From the NCBI GenBank assembly GCA_951406725.2, contig OX597814.1:156550001-156614000 (forward strand): a stretch of 64,000 nucleotides of DNA, in the 5' to 3' direction. Positions 12,930 to 25,239 of the stretch are shown here, piece after piece (positions within the stretch are counted from its first letter, which is position 1; each line of letters starts with the position of its first letter). Position numbers and translations under genes: made by a program. Source of the stretch: Octopus vulgaris (lineage: Eukaryota). Under the pieces are notes generated by a model, which was not told the DNA's origin, made no database searches, and worked only from the letters and a program-made list of their open reading frames with translations.

Positions 12930-13740
12930 CGGGAGTGCCATGATAGTAGTATGTTAATGGTCAAGTGCCTTGAAAGTGCCCCGTTGTGGATGGTAGTAGT
13001 GACTGAATTCCTGAAACATCTCTTTTGAATGTTTTGTATATAAAATCTACGTAGGTGTTATTCTAACCAGCAATACTGGTAAAGTTAGGAAGGAGGTGGC
13101 GGAGAGGAAAAAGACGAAGAAGAAGAAAGAGAATGGAGAATAAGAAGGAATGTAGGTAGTAAGGTGTTGAATGGTCAAGTGACCTAAAAGTGAATCGTTA
13201 TGGAACTGTTTTTTAATGAATTCTTGGGAATCTCTTGAGTGTATTATGTCGTTTGTTGTAGACGCGTTCAAAAGGGGTCTGTATTTTGCAATAAAGAGAG
13301 TCTCTTTATTAATTCGTTGGTTACAAGTTGTATCGTCCCTGAATTGGTAGAGGGGAAAATTCTGAACCTTGGATTTTTGTTATTGGCGCAAATGTGTATG
13401 TGTTGGCCGAATGCTATTTTTCTAGTTTGGGGAATTTTAATTTAGAATCTGTGCAGAGCCCTTCTTTTACGTAAACTGTTTTTTGTTTGGCCTATGTATT
13501 GCCCTTGACACCCTGAACAGGTTAGTGCGTATATATGAGGTTCTCCGAAGTACATGTGAAGTTGCTTTTCACTGTGAAACGTTGTCCCTGTTTGAAGGAG
13601 AACTCTGATCCCGCAATTAAATTGACGCATATCCCACAGTTGGGTCTTCCGCATTTTTTACTGGCGGCTTCTGTGTTGTTGAGCGTATTCGGGCTTATGT
13701 TAGACTTTTCATAGATTTGGGCTGTCTCTTGCTTTGATAT
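12930..13740 (-). mobile_element. Penelope-like element remnant with GIY-YIG endonuclease
   Basis: CGRPNCGIC..FTCTSENLIY / ALTCSGCQGQYIGQTKNSLRKR..H (frameshifted): the CxxxxCxxC, CxxC and YIGQT pattern of PLE endonucleases; abuts (TA)n. Confidence 0.85.
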
Positions 13741-14952
13741 ATATATATATCCTGTCACTTCTTCCGTAGTCTCATTACAGAGTTTGTTTCAAAAGCCGTA
13801 TCTGATGACCTCACGTACAACTTCTTGCAAGAAGCTGTAAATAATGGCTAGCATAGTCAATATAGTGAACTGGCAAAAATGTTTAATCAGTTAAAATTAC
13901 ACCTAAACTGAAGATTGAAAAATGTAACTGTTGATGACCATATAATCGTGATATCGACATCTAACCACTTGACAAATCACTGCGCAATACACTGCCCATA
14001 TCAAGGAAATATTGTACCTCGACCTCCTTAGTCATGAGCATCACCCTAGGCAGCATAAAAACGAAAGCCGCTCTGTTGATTAAACAAGAGAGCTAACTCC
14101 GAAGTCCAAACTGATTTTAAATGATTCAAATAAAAAGAGGGCCGGATATTTCCAACACGCACGCACCACTCTCCCTTCTCTCCCCCTATTCAATAAGATG
14201 GCTTTCTTTTCTATGCAATCTAGGATGTTGTCCATGACTAAAGAGGTGAAGGTACAATATTTCCATGATATGTGCAATGTACTGCGCAGTGATATTTGTC
14301 CTAGTGGTTTGGTGTTGATGTCACGATCATAAGGTCGTGGGTTCGATTCTCTGCTGTGGCAGTGCATTGTATCCTTGAGCAAGGCTCTTCATTTTATGTT
14401 GCTCCAGTCTACTCGGCTGAAAATGTGTACCATCTGAGTTCTGGCGTAACCTCTCTCTCCCTCCAACTCTCATACGGCTAAATATGTGTTGCTTTATGGC
14501 TCTTCAGTCTGGACACTAACTTAAAAACTTAAAAACTAAGCTGAATGACTCCTTCATGCATAAGTTTTATGCGTTTTTGGAAGACGCCCTGTAAAGAATA
14601 CTCTTAACAAAGAAACTAATACAATAAACCGTTTTTAAAATCACACACTTTTAGTAAAGCAAGAGTTCGGTTTACTGAACACTGACGGAGAAACAATGAG
14701 GTGCTGGTTAGTTTGGGCACCTACTCTCGACACATCACACTGGCTGCTGTACGACAGTGGTTCTCAACCATTTTTTTTTTTTTACCTAAAATTACTATTT
14801 AACTCTTACGGACCTCCGTAGCTATTCAATGTTCAAAAACTAGGTCTTACAGATACTTCTTTCAAAATTCCTATTCTGTTTTTCTCATATTAATTAGTGT
14901 AGGTTGAACTTTGTAAAGCGTTTGAGAAATAAATTTTGCTCTTTCTTGCAAT

Positions 14953-15266
14953 AACGATAAACGTCGCCCTTTTCAAGCCTAGCCAGGCTCATGGGCCCTG
15001 TTTCCCGGTTTCTGTGGCTTATGTGTAACCCCCAGCTGGACAGGACGCCAGTCCATCGCAACGTTACTCAAGAAACAGGAAGAAAGAGTGAGAGAAAGTT
15101 GTGGCGAAAGAGTACAACAGGGGTCGCCTCCACCCGCTGTCGGAGCCTCGTGGAGCTTTTAGGTGTTTTTGCTCAATAAACACACACAACGCCCGGTTTG
15201 GGAATCAAAACCGCGATCCTCTGACCGCGAGTTTGCTGCCCTAATCACTGGGCCACGGCGCCTCCA
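14953..15266 (-). mobile_element. tRNA-SINE with V-SINE-like core, inserted in a hAT-like remnant that starts CAGTGGTTCTCAACC at 14755
   Basis: tRNA-like head GGCGCCGTGGCCCAGTG..TTTGATTCCC; core GCGATGGACTGGCGTCCTGTCCAG; TSD CTTTCTTGCAAT on both sides. Confidence 0.75.
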
Positions 15267-15349
15267 CTTTCTTGCAATGAATACATCTAAATCAAACCTT
15301 TTACATGAACCCTTAATAAACTACAGTGGGTCCCCAATTTACTATTTTG

Positions 15350-15730
15350 CTCTTCTACCGTGTAATTGTTTCTCCTCTCAAATCATATCACTTGGTAAAC
15401 AAATACAAAACTGATATATATTGAAATTGAAATACTTTCAATATCATTATTCTATATTTTCGACAGAATATCACTAACAAGCCACATCTGCATTTTTTAA
15501 ATATATTTTTCATCTAAAAGGAATGCACATTTCTTTTTTGTTTTTGTTTTTTCTTGGCTACTTTTGGCACATAGCTTAGTTGTTAGAGGATTTTCAGCTC
15601 ACGATCGCAAGATCGCGTGATCAATTCCTGTGCTGGCAGGAACGTTGTGTTCCTGAGTAAGGTATCTCATGCATGCTACTCCGGTCGATTGATCCGTAAC
15701 GACTACCAGCCAAGGTACTGGTTCAACCCT
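15350..15730 (+). repeat. Local diverged duplication (partner at about 17670-18040) including a decayed SINE head
   Basis: Shared blocks such as TTATTCTATATTTTCGACAGAATATCACTAACAAGC and GCTCACGATCGCAAG..TGATCAATTCCTG. Confidence 0.85.
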
Positions 15731-16097
15731 TATTTCTTCCATCGACCGGTGTTTATATCCCGTAGCTTAGCGGTTCGGCAAATCTATTTATATGTACCCG
15801 CAGGGGTCAAATGGATCCCGGCTAAAAACCACTGCTCTACGGAAACATACGTGAATCAGCTGTCAAACGACACTGTATAGTACTGACAGCATCTACCCCA
15901 TGCCATGGAGGAAAGAGATTAAACTAAAAGCGTTTATATACAGAAAATGGATTTGAGAACATGCTAAGTTGTATATCATTAAGCATGATCGCTGTTTTGG
16001 GAAGGAAAACGGCACACTTTATTAAACATACTGTCTATTAGATGCTTGTGCGCGTGTGAGAGACAGGGGGGTTTGCAGCACAGACAGACAGACAAAC

Positions 16098-16225
<128 letters not shown>

Positions 16226-16597
16226 GAGGGAGTTCATAATTAACTGTCCTCAGTGTAAGGAGACTCGTGATTCAAAGTCGTGATTGTTCTATTCCATATG
16301 ACATGTTCTTTGAAATAACAGTTTTAAAGAAAACTACATCAAGAACAATACTAAGAATGTTTACGTAGATGTCTTAAAAGTAACGAAGGAGACTCTATTC
16401 GGACGCTGAGCTTGTTAGAAACTGCAGCCAAATCCTTTATATCACATCCTGTCATCTGAAAAGCAAAAACGAAGTATACATGGGCAAATTCAGTTCTAAA
16501 TACAGTATGTCTAGAAACAAAAATGACTGAATTGCCTCTCAATGTCTTCAATTAAAGTTTTGTTGAGTTCGATACTGTCTTTCATCGATCTAGAAAG

Positions 16598-16973
16598 ACT
16601 AAACAATAACTCTGAGCACCTCTTCAAACTCCACCCATCTAACACCCGTGGACATATTTACAAAGTAAGAAAACAGCACAGCTCCCATGACTCCAGGAAA
16701 CATTTTTTTCACGCTGAGAGTTGTTGAAGCATGGAACAAACTGCCGGCATCGGTTGTTAGTTGTCGGAGCACTGCATCCTTCAAAACTTCCATGCTTCCA
16801 GAGATTCGCCAACACTACACTTGATTTTCTCCCCTCCATACACACACAAGCATGTATCTGACTCATATACTGTTCACTTTCCAGACATTTGTACATTACT
16901 GCATGTACTTTATATGCACTTTCTGACAAGTTGTGGTGCACCTGAGCACTGTATACAATAATTTCATTATTAT
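16598..16973 (+). mobile_element. CR1 LINE 3' end
   Basis: NTRGHIYKV..RKHFF / TLRVVEAWNKLPASVV..FK C-terminal motif and UTR ending (ATT)n; copies at 45496 and 59222. Confidence 0.9.
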
Positions 16974-18127
16974 TTATATTTTAAAGCAATTTATCAATTA
17001 ATGTAATGGAGTCTATAGAAATAAATCAAATTTTAGTTTGAAATATACCGACCATCACATTTGTCCTAAATAGCATTATTAATTCTCGACTTATTTCTCT
17101 GTTTAATAAAATAATTAGAGAACGTTTCGCTCCAGTAAAGTAATTATTGTCAATTATCGATAATGGATACATGTAAAGGACAGCAAAATCGCCTTTAAGT
17201 GTTGATGTAAGGGAAGTAATTCTTGTAAATACATTGCTTACAAGGGAAGTAAGTCATACATCTTTATCATCAAATATCGATGTATTTCACTTGATGCTAC
17301 GTTTTTACAGACACAAAAGCTGTTTACTCCTTCTGTAAATAGATTTTGCGATTTTTTTTTAAACAGAAAATTGCTTGCTACATTTTTCGATACAGTTTTT
17401 TTATAACAATTTCTTTCATTGACTAAAATAAATTGAAATAACAATTACATCGTGAAGAATCACGACAATCATTTTAAACATACGCTACCTTTATATTCGC
17501 TTTTTGCTCTCTTTTTTTTTTATCATATTCTATTTTGTGTCAGTTATTTTCTTTTTTGTTTTTTTCTTTTTGTCTTTTGCCGCTTTGTAGTATATAATAG
17601 ATAGGATAACAAGGTAAAAATAACAAAATAAGTAGAAAGTAAATGTGTGTTTTAAAAATATTTCAGATTCTTCTACTGTGCAATTGTTTCTCATTCAAAC
17701 GCTCTCAAATCATTTCACTTGGCAAACAAATACAAAACTGATACATATTGAAATACTTCCAACATCTTTATTCTATATTTTCGACAGAATATCACTAACA
17801 AGCAACTACGTAGGCATTTTTTAAGTATATTTTTCATCTAAAATGTTTGCACTTCTCTTTTTTGGGCTACTTTTGGCACGTAGCTTAGTTCTTAGAAGGT
17901 GTACGGCTCACGATCGCAAGTTCGCATGATCAATTCCTGGGCTGGGATGTACGTTGTGTTCTTGAGCAAGGTATGTCTTTGCTCGCTGCTCCGGTCTACT
18001 GATCCGTAATGAGTATCAGCCAAGGTGCTGGGTCACCCTTTCTTCTCTCATCTGTCATATCCTTGATGTTCCGCTACATCAAAGTTGATATGGTTGCATG
18101 CGTGGTAATAGGCGCAGGTGTAGCTGT

Positions 18128-18311
18128 AGCCATTCAAGAATTTGAACCTGGAGATCTCCAGTGGTGTCTGGCGTTAACGAAGAGCCCTCGACTACAAGAC
18201 GACCAAAGTTTTTTTTTTTTCCAAGGTCTGGAGTCTCCCGCCCCTAAGCCCTAGACCATCACCTAATCACCCTTACCCGTCTTGTTGCTTAACAACAACA
18301 ACAACAACAAC
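18128..18311 (+). mobile_element. (CAA)n-tailed retroposon, copy 2, internally deleted, inserted in a SINE head
   Basis: Matches 11043-11262; GGCGCAG..GCTGT occurs on both flanks. Confidence 0.8.
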
Positions 18312-18619
18312 GGCGCAGCTGTGTGGTAAGCAGCTTGCTTCCCAACCACGTGATTCCGGGTTCAGTCCCACTGCGTAGCACCTTGGGCAAGTTATTTAAA
18401 TCAGCATAATACGAAAAAATATTTCTGGTGCGGATAGACCGCTAAATTTGGCAGCCGCGAGTTTTGCAACATAATATTGCCAAAATTTCAATATTTTCCC
18501 CTCTTCCCTCAAGCTTCCTTCATCTCTCCTCCGCAACGATGATATGGTGCAACATTTTCTTCATCATCTGAAAAGCCATTTCTTCGTAAAATTGCCTGTT
18601 AATTTCACTTAAATATTTA

Positions 18620-19001
18620 GGCGTAGGAGTGGCTGTGTGGTAAGTAGCGTGCTTACGAACCACATGGTTCTGGGTTCGGTCCCACTGCGTGGCACCTTGG
18701 GCAAGTGTCTTCCACTATAGCCTCGGGCCGACCAAAACCTTGTGAGCGGATTTGGAAGACGGAAACTGAAAGAAGCCCGTCGTATATATGTGTGTGTGTG
18801 TCTGTGTTTGCCCCCCTCCCAACATCGCTTGACAACCGATGCTGGTGTGTTTACGTCCCCCGTAACTTAGCGGTTCGGCAAAAGAGACCATTAGAATAAG
18901 TACTAGGCTTACAAAGAACAAGTCCTGGGGTCGATTTGCTCGACGAAAAAGCGATGCTCCAACATGGCCACAATCAAATGACTGAAACGAATAAAAGAGT
19001 A
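18620..19001 (+). mobile_element. tRNA-SINE family A, full length
   Basis: GGCGTAGGAGTGGCTGTGTGGTAAG head through AAAAGAGTA tail. Confidence 0.9.
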
Positions 19002-19503
19002 TATGGTGTCAAAAATACTCATTGCAACAGCTGTGACCTAATATCAGTTGAACTGCCTCAGAGACCAGGTTTCAATTGATGTGACGAAAATTTTGACTCT
19101 GAATAATAAATGTTTAAGTGAATTTAAGAGTATTTGTGGTCTTGAATAGATAGTATGTGTCTTCTGTGCTGCAGTTGTTTTAATTTCACCACACGATCTC
19201 AGATCAAATCACTTGCCAGTTAAGTTCATCTAAGAAGTATTTAAACAAGGTGAAATATTAAGTAATCTTTGGAAAGTGCGAGACTCGGGGGAGGGGGTGA
19301 GATATGACGCCATTGGAGTTAAACTGTATCAATCAGAGGTCCTTAAGGTTGTTTGATGGCGGAGCTTTTCTCGGTGAAATAAGAGACGTATGTAAAGTAA
19401 AACAATTCAACAATTCAGTTCTATATTTAAAAGATGAGGAATTGTGTACATTATTTACATTATTTACATTTGACGGATATTTGTCCTCATCTTGTTTGTT
19501 GTT

Positions 19504-19549
19504 AACACAACATTTCGGCTGATATACCCTCCAGCCTTCATCAGGTGTC
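19504..19549 (-). ncRNA. Minimal type I hammerhead ribozyme motif
   Basis: GACAC-CTGATGA-A-GGCTG(GAGGGTATAT)CAGCC-GAAA-TG-TT-GTGTT; extra A after the core and a very short helix III. Confidence 0.6.
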
Positions 19550-19607
19550 TTGGGGAAAAATTGAACCTGGGTTCTCATTCCTAAGGTATTTTTCGATGTT
19601 GTTGTTG

Positions 19608-19656
<49 letters not shown>

Positions 19657-19872
19657 TATTGAGTGAGTGAGAGAGCAGTGCATGCCATCAAAGTGACACT
19701 GGGGTAAAATATACGAAGCCCAGTATACCCATCATGACTACCCGTCTGATAAGGGTACACCAGGCACATGCATCTTTTAGCCCATATTTTATACCAAGAC
19801 AAAACAATGTACATGATAACACTTCTAATCAGTTAAGATCAGAAGCCATGAGAGCCACTGTCTGGTACATTA

Positions 19873-19922
<50 letters not shown>

Positions 19923-19928
<6 letters not shown>

Positions 19929-19998
19929 TCATTGCCGGGAATCGAACTCGGAATCTTGGGGTTAGTAGCCCGCGCTCTTAACCACTACGCCATCTGCA
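19923..19998 (-). pseudogene. tRNA-derived head (SINE-like), not a functional tRNA gene
   Basis: TGGCGTAGTGGTTAAGAGCGC (A box and D arm), GGG-CT-ACT-AA-CCC anticodon arm, GAGTTCGATTCC (B box); acceptor stem does not pair properly. Confidence 0.75.
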
Positions 19999-20040
19999 CC
20001 TGATGAAGGCTGGAAGGTATATCAGCCGAAACGTTGTATT
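19997..20040 (+). ncRNA. Hammerhead motif, inverted second copy
   Basis: CAC-CTGATGA-A-GGCTG(..)CAGCC-GAAA-CG-TT-GTATT; palindromic AACGTT; helix I truncated. Confidence 0.5.
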
Positions 20041-20787
20041 AACAACAAACAAGATGAGGACAAATATCCGTCAAATGTAAATAATGTAAATTCAACAATT
20101 GTTTTGGTAATATATACAATAGCCTCGAGCAAAATGTCTGGTGATATTTAGTAACATCCTTTTATGTTCTCAGTTTGCATCTCACCAGAGTCAGCTTCAC
20201 CTTTTATTATTCCGTGATAGATACAATAAATGACCAGTCAAGTACTAGGGGTGGGATCAGGACCGTCGCTAAACCCCTCAACCCCTGCGGTCGCAGGGGG
20301 GTGCTTTGCGGTTGAGGGTCCACATGTTACGATCAAACTACATAGACGAGCTATCTATTTACTTTGGTTAAAATGATACATGAAAATTTCAAGTCAGACG
20401 AGGAAAAAAATACAAGAGTGAACCCTAAACAAATTTAAAAGAAACGAAAAAAGTAGGTGAAAAAAGCTTGTCAACGAATTCCCTAGGGAGATAAAAGAAA
20501 AACGAAAGAAATTCAAAACAATGAAAATAAGAACAACTTCAAGAGAAAAGACAAGAAAAAGAAGCAATGTTGATAAAAGGTGGGAGTTGTATACTTATAC
20601 ATACACACACTCACAGGCATACGTACACACATTCATACATATTTACACACACATAAACGTCTGGCATTTATCTGTTTCGATCTACCAAGTCCATTTACAA
20701 GGCTTTGGCCAGCTCAGAGAGAGAGAGAGACATGTACCAAACACAAACACACCTCTCTTACTCTCTCTCCCTCTTTCTCTATTCATT

Positions 20788-20857
<70 letters not shown>

Positions 20858-21104
20858 TATATATCTGGCGTCGTTATTTGATGTTGAAAAGCTGGTCACT
20901 TTGTACGCAGAACAGTGGCCTTTGACTTCCTAAGCCAATAAAAACTGAAGACTATTCTGAGGTGGCAAGCTGGCAGAATCGTTAGTAGACCGGACAAAGT
21001 GCTTAACTAGTCCCCTCCCGCGAAATTTCAGACCTTGTGCTTATAGTAGAAAGCATCTGTGACTGACAAAATTAATACCAGTCATATAATGTTTTGGTGC
21101 CACT

Positions 21105-21382
21105 TTGGCGTGTGATCTACAAGGGAGATTACAGTAGGACATACTTAGCATTGTAAATGTATTTTTTCAAAATTCTTATTATTTTAATAAGACCATGTTT
21201 CATTTGTCTTGGTAAATAGTAATAAGAAACCAAGAATAAACAATATAATTAAAATAAGCATACAGAATACCCATCAAAGTAACTTTGCCCACGTAGATCA
21301 CACGGCAAAGTAGCACTAACACAATGTAAACTAAAAAGTAGCCAAAAGTAATCTCCCTTTAAATTGTAGATCACACGCCAAA
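21105..21382. mobile_element. MITE-like element with inverted termini
   Basis: TTTGGCGTGTGATCTACAA..GGGAGATTAC versus GTAATCTCCCTT..TTGTAGATCACACGCCAAA. Confidence 0.65.
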
Positions 21383-22130
21383 AGAGCACCCTATGTTTTA
21401 TACCACAAAAACTATTTATATTCTGTCGCTGAAGACAGCCACTGTATTTGTCACATTCCTGAAAATGCTTTATCTTAGAGTCTACTAAATCATTTGTATC
21501 ACTCTTTAATAAAAAGATAGTAATAATAATCAAATGGTTTTGGTGTTTCATGAAAACAAAATTGTAAACTTAACCAAGCCATTGCGTAACTCCTTACTAT
21601 TATAATAGTTATTTCCCTTGATAAAGCTTGCTCTTTATTCGAAAACAGCTTTCACAGGAAGAGAGAAATTGGCGTGTTTGGTCTTCTGTTTATAAAGACG
21701 CACCAAAATTACTAGAATTTCGTTGAAAATGGCCAAAAAAGAAAAAAAAATCTGTAGTTTAACCCAGCTGTTCTCAAACTAACAAATAAAAGGTTACCCA
21801 AGAAAATATAGTGAACATTTTTTGGCATCTCCTACTTATTGATGAGAAGACGAATTGAAATGGCATCATGTTGCATCCACATAATTCCTCTTTCTATGTT
21901 ACACGTGTTGAACAAGTTTAAAATGTTGGAAACCGTATTAATTTTATTAAATGTGCAATTTTTCCAACAGTGTTTCTGTTCCTCACATCCCTCCCAACTC
22001 TGGCAGACACTGGTCTAACTGATGAATCTAATTTCACAGTGATGAAACATGCATGGATATGACTCTATGTAGTAGTAGTAGTAGTAGGAGGAGGAGGAGG
22101 AGGAGGTGAAGCAGATGCAGCAGCAGTAGC

Positions 22131-22333
22131 AGCCAGCAGCCGTTCAAGAGTTTGGACCTGGAGATCTCCATTTCCAACGACTTCGAGGGCCACCTCCCAG
22201 TGGTGTCGGGCGTCAACGAAGAGCCCTCGACTACAAGATGCCAAAGTTTTTTTTTTCCAAGGTCTGGGGTCTCCCGCCCCTAAGCCCTAGACCATCACTA
22301 AATCACCATTACCCGTCTTGTTGCTTAACAACA
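22131..22333 (+). mobile_element. (CAA)n-tailed retroposon, copy 3
   Basis: Matches copies 1 and 2; CAGCAGCAGTAGCA on both flanks. Confidence 0.8.
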
Positions 22334-22825
22334 ACAGCAGCAGCAGTAGCAATGGTGTTAGTGACCTCACAGCACTAGAAAAGGTGGTGGTGATGGTGGT
22401 GGTGGACTACGAGGGAACACATTTTGTTTTTTGGAGTAGTAGTTGTAGTATTTTAACTGAATGGATTACAGACGAGCTTCCTCTAAAGGGACCTGTAATT
22501 CTAAAAATCTAACAATATTCTCCATTTCATGTGATACTTTCCATTCAAATTCAGTTGGCTGAATCAAAATATCAATGGTTCATATTCTTCCATAAATGCT
22601 GTGCCATTTTCATGCATTCATATTGTAGGACTGTTTCCATCAACACATGTTATATGTTTAAAAATCTGAAATAAACATAAAATTTCCAAAAATATAGTGT
22701 ACAGGAGTGGCTGTGTGGTAAGTAGCTTGCTAAACAACCACATGGTTCTGGGTTATATGACAGATACTTGAACAACAAAGCAAGAGTATAAAATGATATC
22801 AGTAGATCTGTAAAAAAGATATTTT

Positions 22826-22985
22826 GTCAGGAGTGGCTGTGTGGTAAGTAGCTTGCTTATGAATCACATGATTCTGAGTTCATTCCCACTGTGTGGCACC
22901 TTGGGCAAGTGTCTTCTACTATAGCCTCGGGCCGACCAAAGCCTTGTGAGTGGATTTGGTAGATGGAAACTGAAAGAAGCCCATC

Positions 22986-23030
<45 letters not shown>

Positions 23031-23362
23031 GGAGTATATATATACTGTCCGACGAACAGAAACGTGAAATTCCAAGTAACAGGTTTTGTTGAATTTCTGC
23101 TGCTTTTAAATAAAGTATATATATATGTATGTATGTGTGTGTATGTGTTTTTGCTTTTGTGTTTGTTCCCCCAACATCACTTGACAACCAATGCTGGTGT
23201 GTTTACATCCCCGTAACTTAGCGGTTCGGCTTAAGATACCAATAGAATAAGTACTAGGCTCACAAAGATTAAGTCCTGGGGTCGATTTTCCCAACTAAAA
23301 GGCAGTGCTCCAGCATGGCTAAAGTCAAATGACTGATACAAGTAAAAGAATAAAAGAAAAGA
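22826..23362 (+). mobile_element. tRNA-SINE family A with an ~85-bp insertion in its (TA)n tract
   Basis: Family A head and tail; foreign segment at about 23028-23115. Confidence 0.85.
23045..23082 (+). ncRNA. Degenerate hammerhead motif
   Basis: CTGT-CCGACGA-AC(AGAAAC)GT-GAAA-TTCCAAG-TA-ACAG; helix I CTGT/ACAG is perfect, core U4 changed to C. Confidence 0.45.
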
Positions 23363-24195
23363 AAAGTGTCTCTGTTTTAAAAAAAATTACTATAACAACA
23401 CTTCTATACAAAAGGAGAAAAATGTCTTTTAGAGATGTTATTACCCATATCATGATGGAATGTTTTTCAAGTAGGCTTTGACTTCTCAGATTCCACATGG
23501 GACCACTTTATGCTGATAGTTCTTCTTGGAATTTTAATGAAATTCGCAACATACAAATATCAATAATAGCAATATAAACATCACATTTCATATAAGAAAC
23601 AGCTATCATGATCAACATCATCATTACCATCATATTCATCATCATCACTTCTACCACCACCATTCACATTGTCATCATTTTTATTATCATCATTATTCTC
23701 ACTATTCAACTTTTCTTAGAGTACCTCTTTAGATATCCTATAATACCCATTGCTTTCATTTTCTATAGTGTTCACAAGAAAATATTAATGATTCTTTCAA
23801 CATTTCAGAAGCAATCATTTAATCAAATTTGATTACAGAATTAAAAAAACACTTATCCAAGATTTGAATATAAATCCATGATGTACAGAATGTAATCTCA
23901 TAAAGATCAGAATTCATAAATTCATATTGACATTTTCAGAACCTTATTTTTATTGAAATACTTCCTATGTATTTTAATTAATTTTGACAAAAAAAGGTGA
24001 GTGGGGTATGGAGTTGGAAGTATTTAGTAAAATCGTTTTCCTTTCTTTTATCAAGCTGCTCTTTGGAATGTAATCTAACAAAGGATTTTAACATATATTA
24101 GGATAGATTTTAATTTAAATTGAACATTTTATAATAGGCTTTATAATTGAACACTTTATAATGGCTGTGTGGTTAAGAAGCTCACTTTGTAACTA

Positions 24196-24593
24196 TACTC
24201 TTTTACTTGTTTCAGTCATTTGACTGCGGCCATGCTGGAGCACTGCCTTTAATCGAGCAACTCGACCCCGGGACTTATTTTTTTTGTAAGCCCAGTACTT
24301 ATTCTATCGGTCTCTTTTGCCGAACCGCTAAGTAACGGGGACATAAACACACCAGCATCGGTTGTCAAGCAATGCTAGGGGGACAAACACAGACACACAA
24401 ACACACACACGCATATATATACATATATACAATAGGCTTCTTTCAGTTTCCGTCTACCAAATCCACTCACAAGGCTTTGGTCGGCCCGAGGCTATAGTAG
24501 AAGACACTTGCCCAAGGTGCCACGCAGTGGGACTGAACCCGGAACCATATGGTTGGTAAGCAAACCACTTACCACACAGCCACTCCTGTGCCT
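24196..24593 (-). mobile_element. tRNA-SINE family A, full length
   Basis: Reverse complement of the 18620 copy. Confidence 0.9.
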
Positions 24594-24604
24594 ATATGTG
24601 ATTT

Positions 24605-24925
24605 TGTGATTTTGGGTTCAGCACCTCGGGCAAGAATATTCTACTATAGTGCCAAGCCCTGTGAGTGTATTTGATAGACAAAACTGTAAGACAGCACATC
24701 ATATACATAAATGTACAAGTGTGTGTGTATGTGTTTATTTTGTGTTCCCTCTCCCACGGTTTGACAACCAGTGTTGGTTTGTTTACATCCCCATACTTAA
24801 GAGGTTCAACAAAAGAGACTGAAAGAGTAAGTACCAGACTTTAAAAAGAAATAAGTACTGGGGTTGATTTATTTGACTAAACCATCAAGACAATGCCCCA
24901 ACATGGCTGCAGTTCAATGACTGAA
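24605..24925 (+). mobile_element. tRNA-SINE family A, older copy, inverted relative to its neighbour
   Basis: Diverged family A blocks. Confidence 0.7.
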
Positions 24926-25239
24926 TGAACCATTAACACTTTCAGGGTCCACTTAACCAATTCAGATTTAAAGCCAATGGATTCTATGTGTGTTAATTAA
25001 TTTTGAAAATCAAAACTCTAGAGAGATTTAGTATAACTAATTTTTTACCTTAATCAACTAGAGTTTGAAACAACAGAAATTTTTTTATATAAAAATTATA
25101 ATCGGAGACTTTTTTTTATTTAAATATGAATATTTTAAAACAGGAGGTTTGATGTTTTGTATCAGTAGTCATGGGTAAAGTGTTGCCCACAGGACTAATT
25201 GAGGGAAACACATTTCACAAGGAAAATAACATTCTTTTT

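Larger units (their letters stand above)
19416..20088 (-). mobile_element. Composite retroposon: tRNA head, (TAA)n, hammerhead-bearing 3' region, and an inverted copy of the 3' region at the 5' end
   Basis: TSD AATTCAACAATT at 19404-19415 and 20089-20100; 94-bp inverted arms 19454-19547 and 19997-20090. Confidence 0.8.

Noticed and set aside
14475-14515. CTGAAGAGCCATAAAGC on the minus strand
   Set aside because: GAAA box absent
19923-19998. Possible tRNA-Ser(ACT) gene
   Set aside because: Acceptor stem does not pair, no long variable arm, and it is embedded in a TSD-bounded repeat; treated as a SINE head
22012-22060. CTGATGA-ATC..GAT-GAAACATGCA hammerhead-like string
   Set aside because: U16.1 missing, helix II only 3 bp and helix I poor; at most a dead remnant
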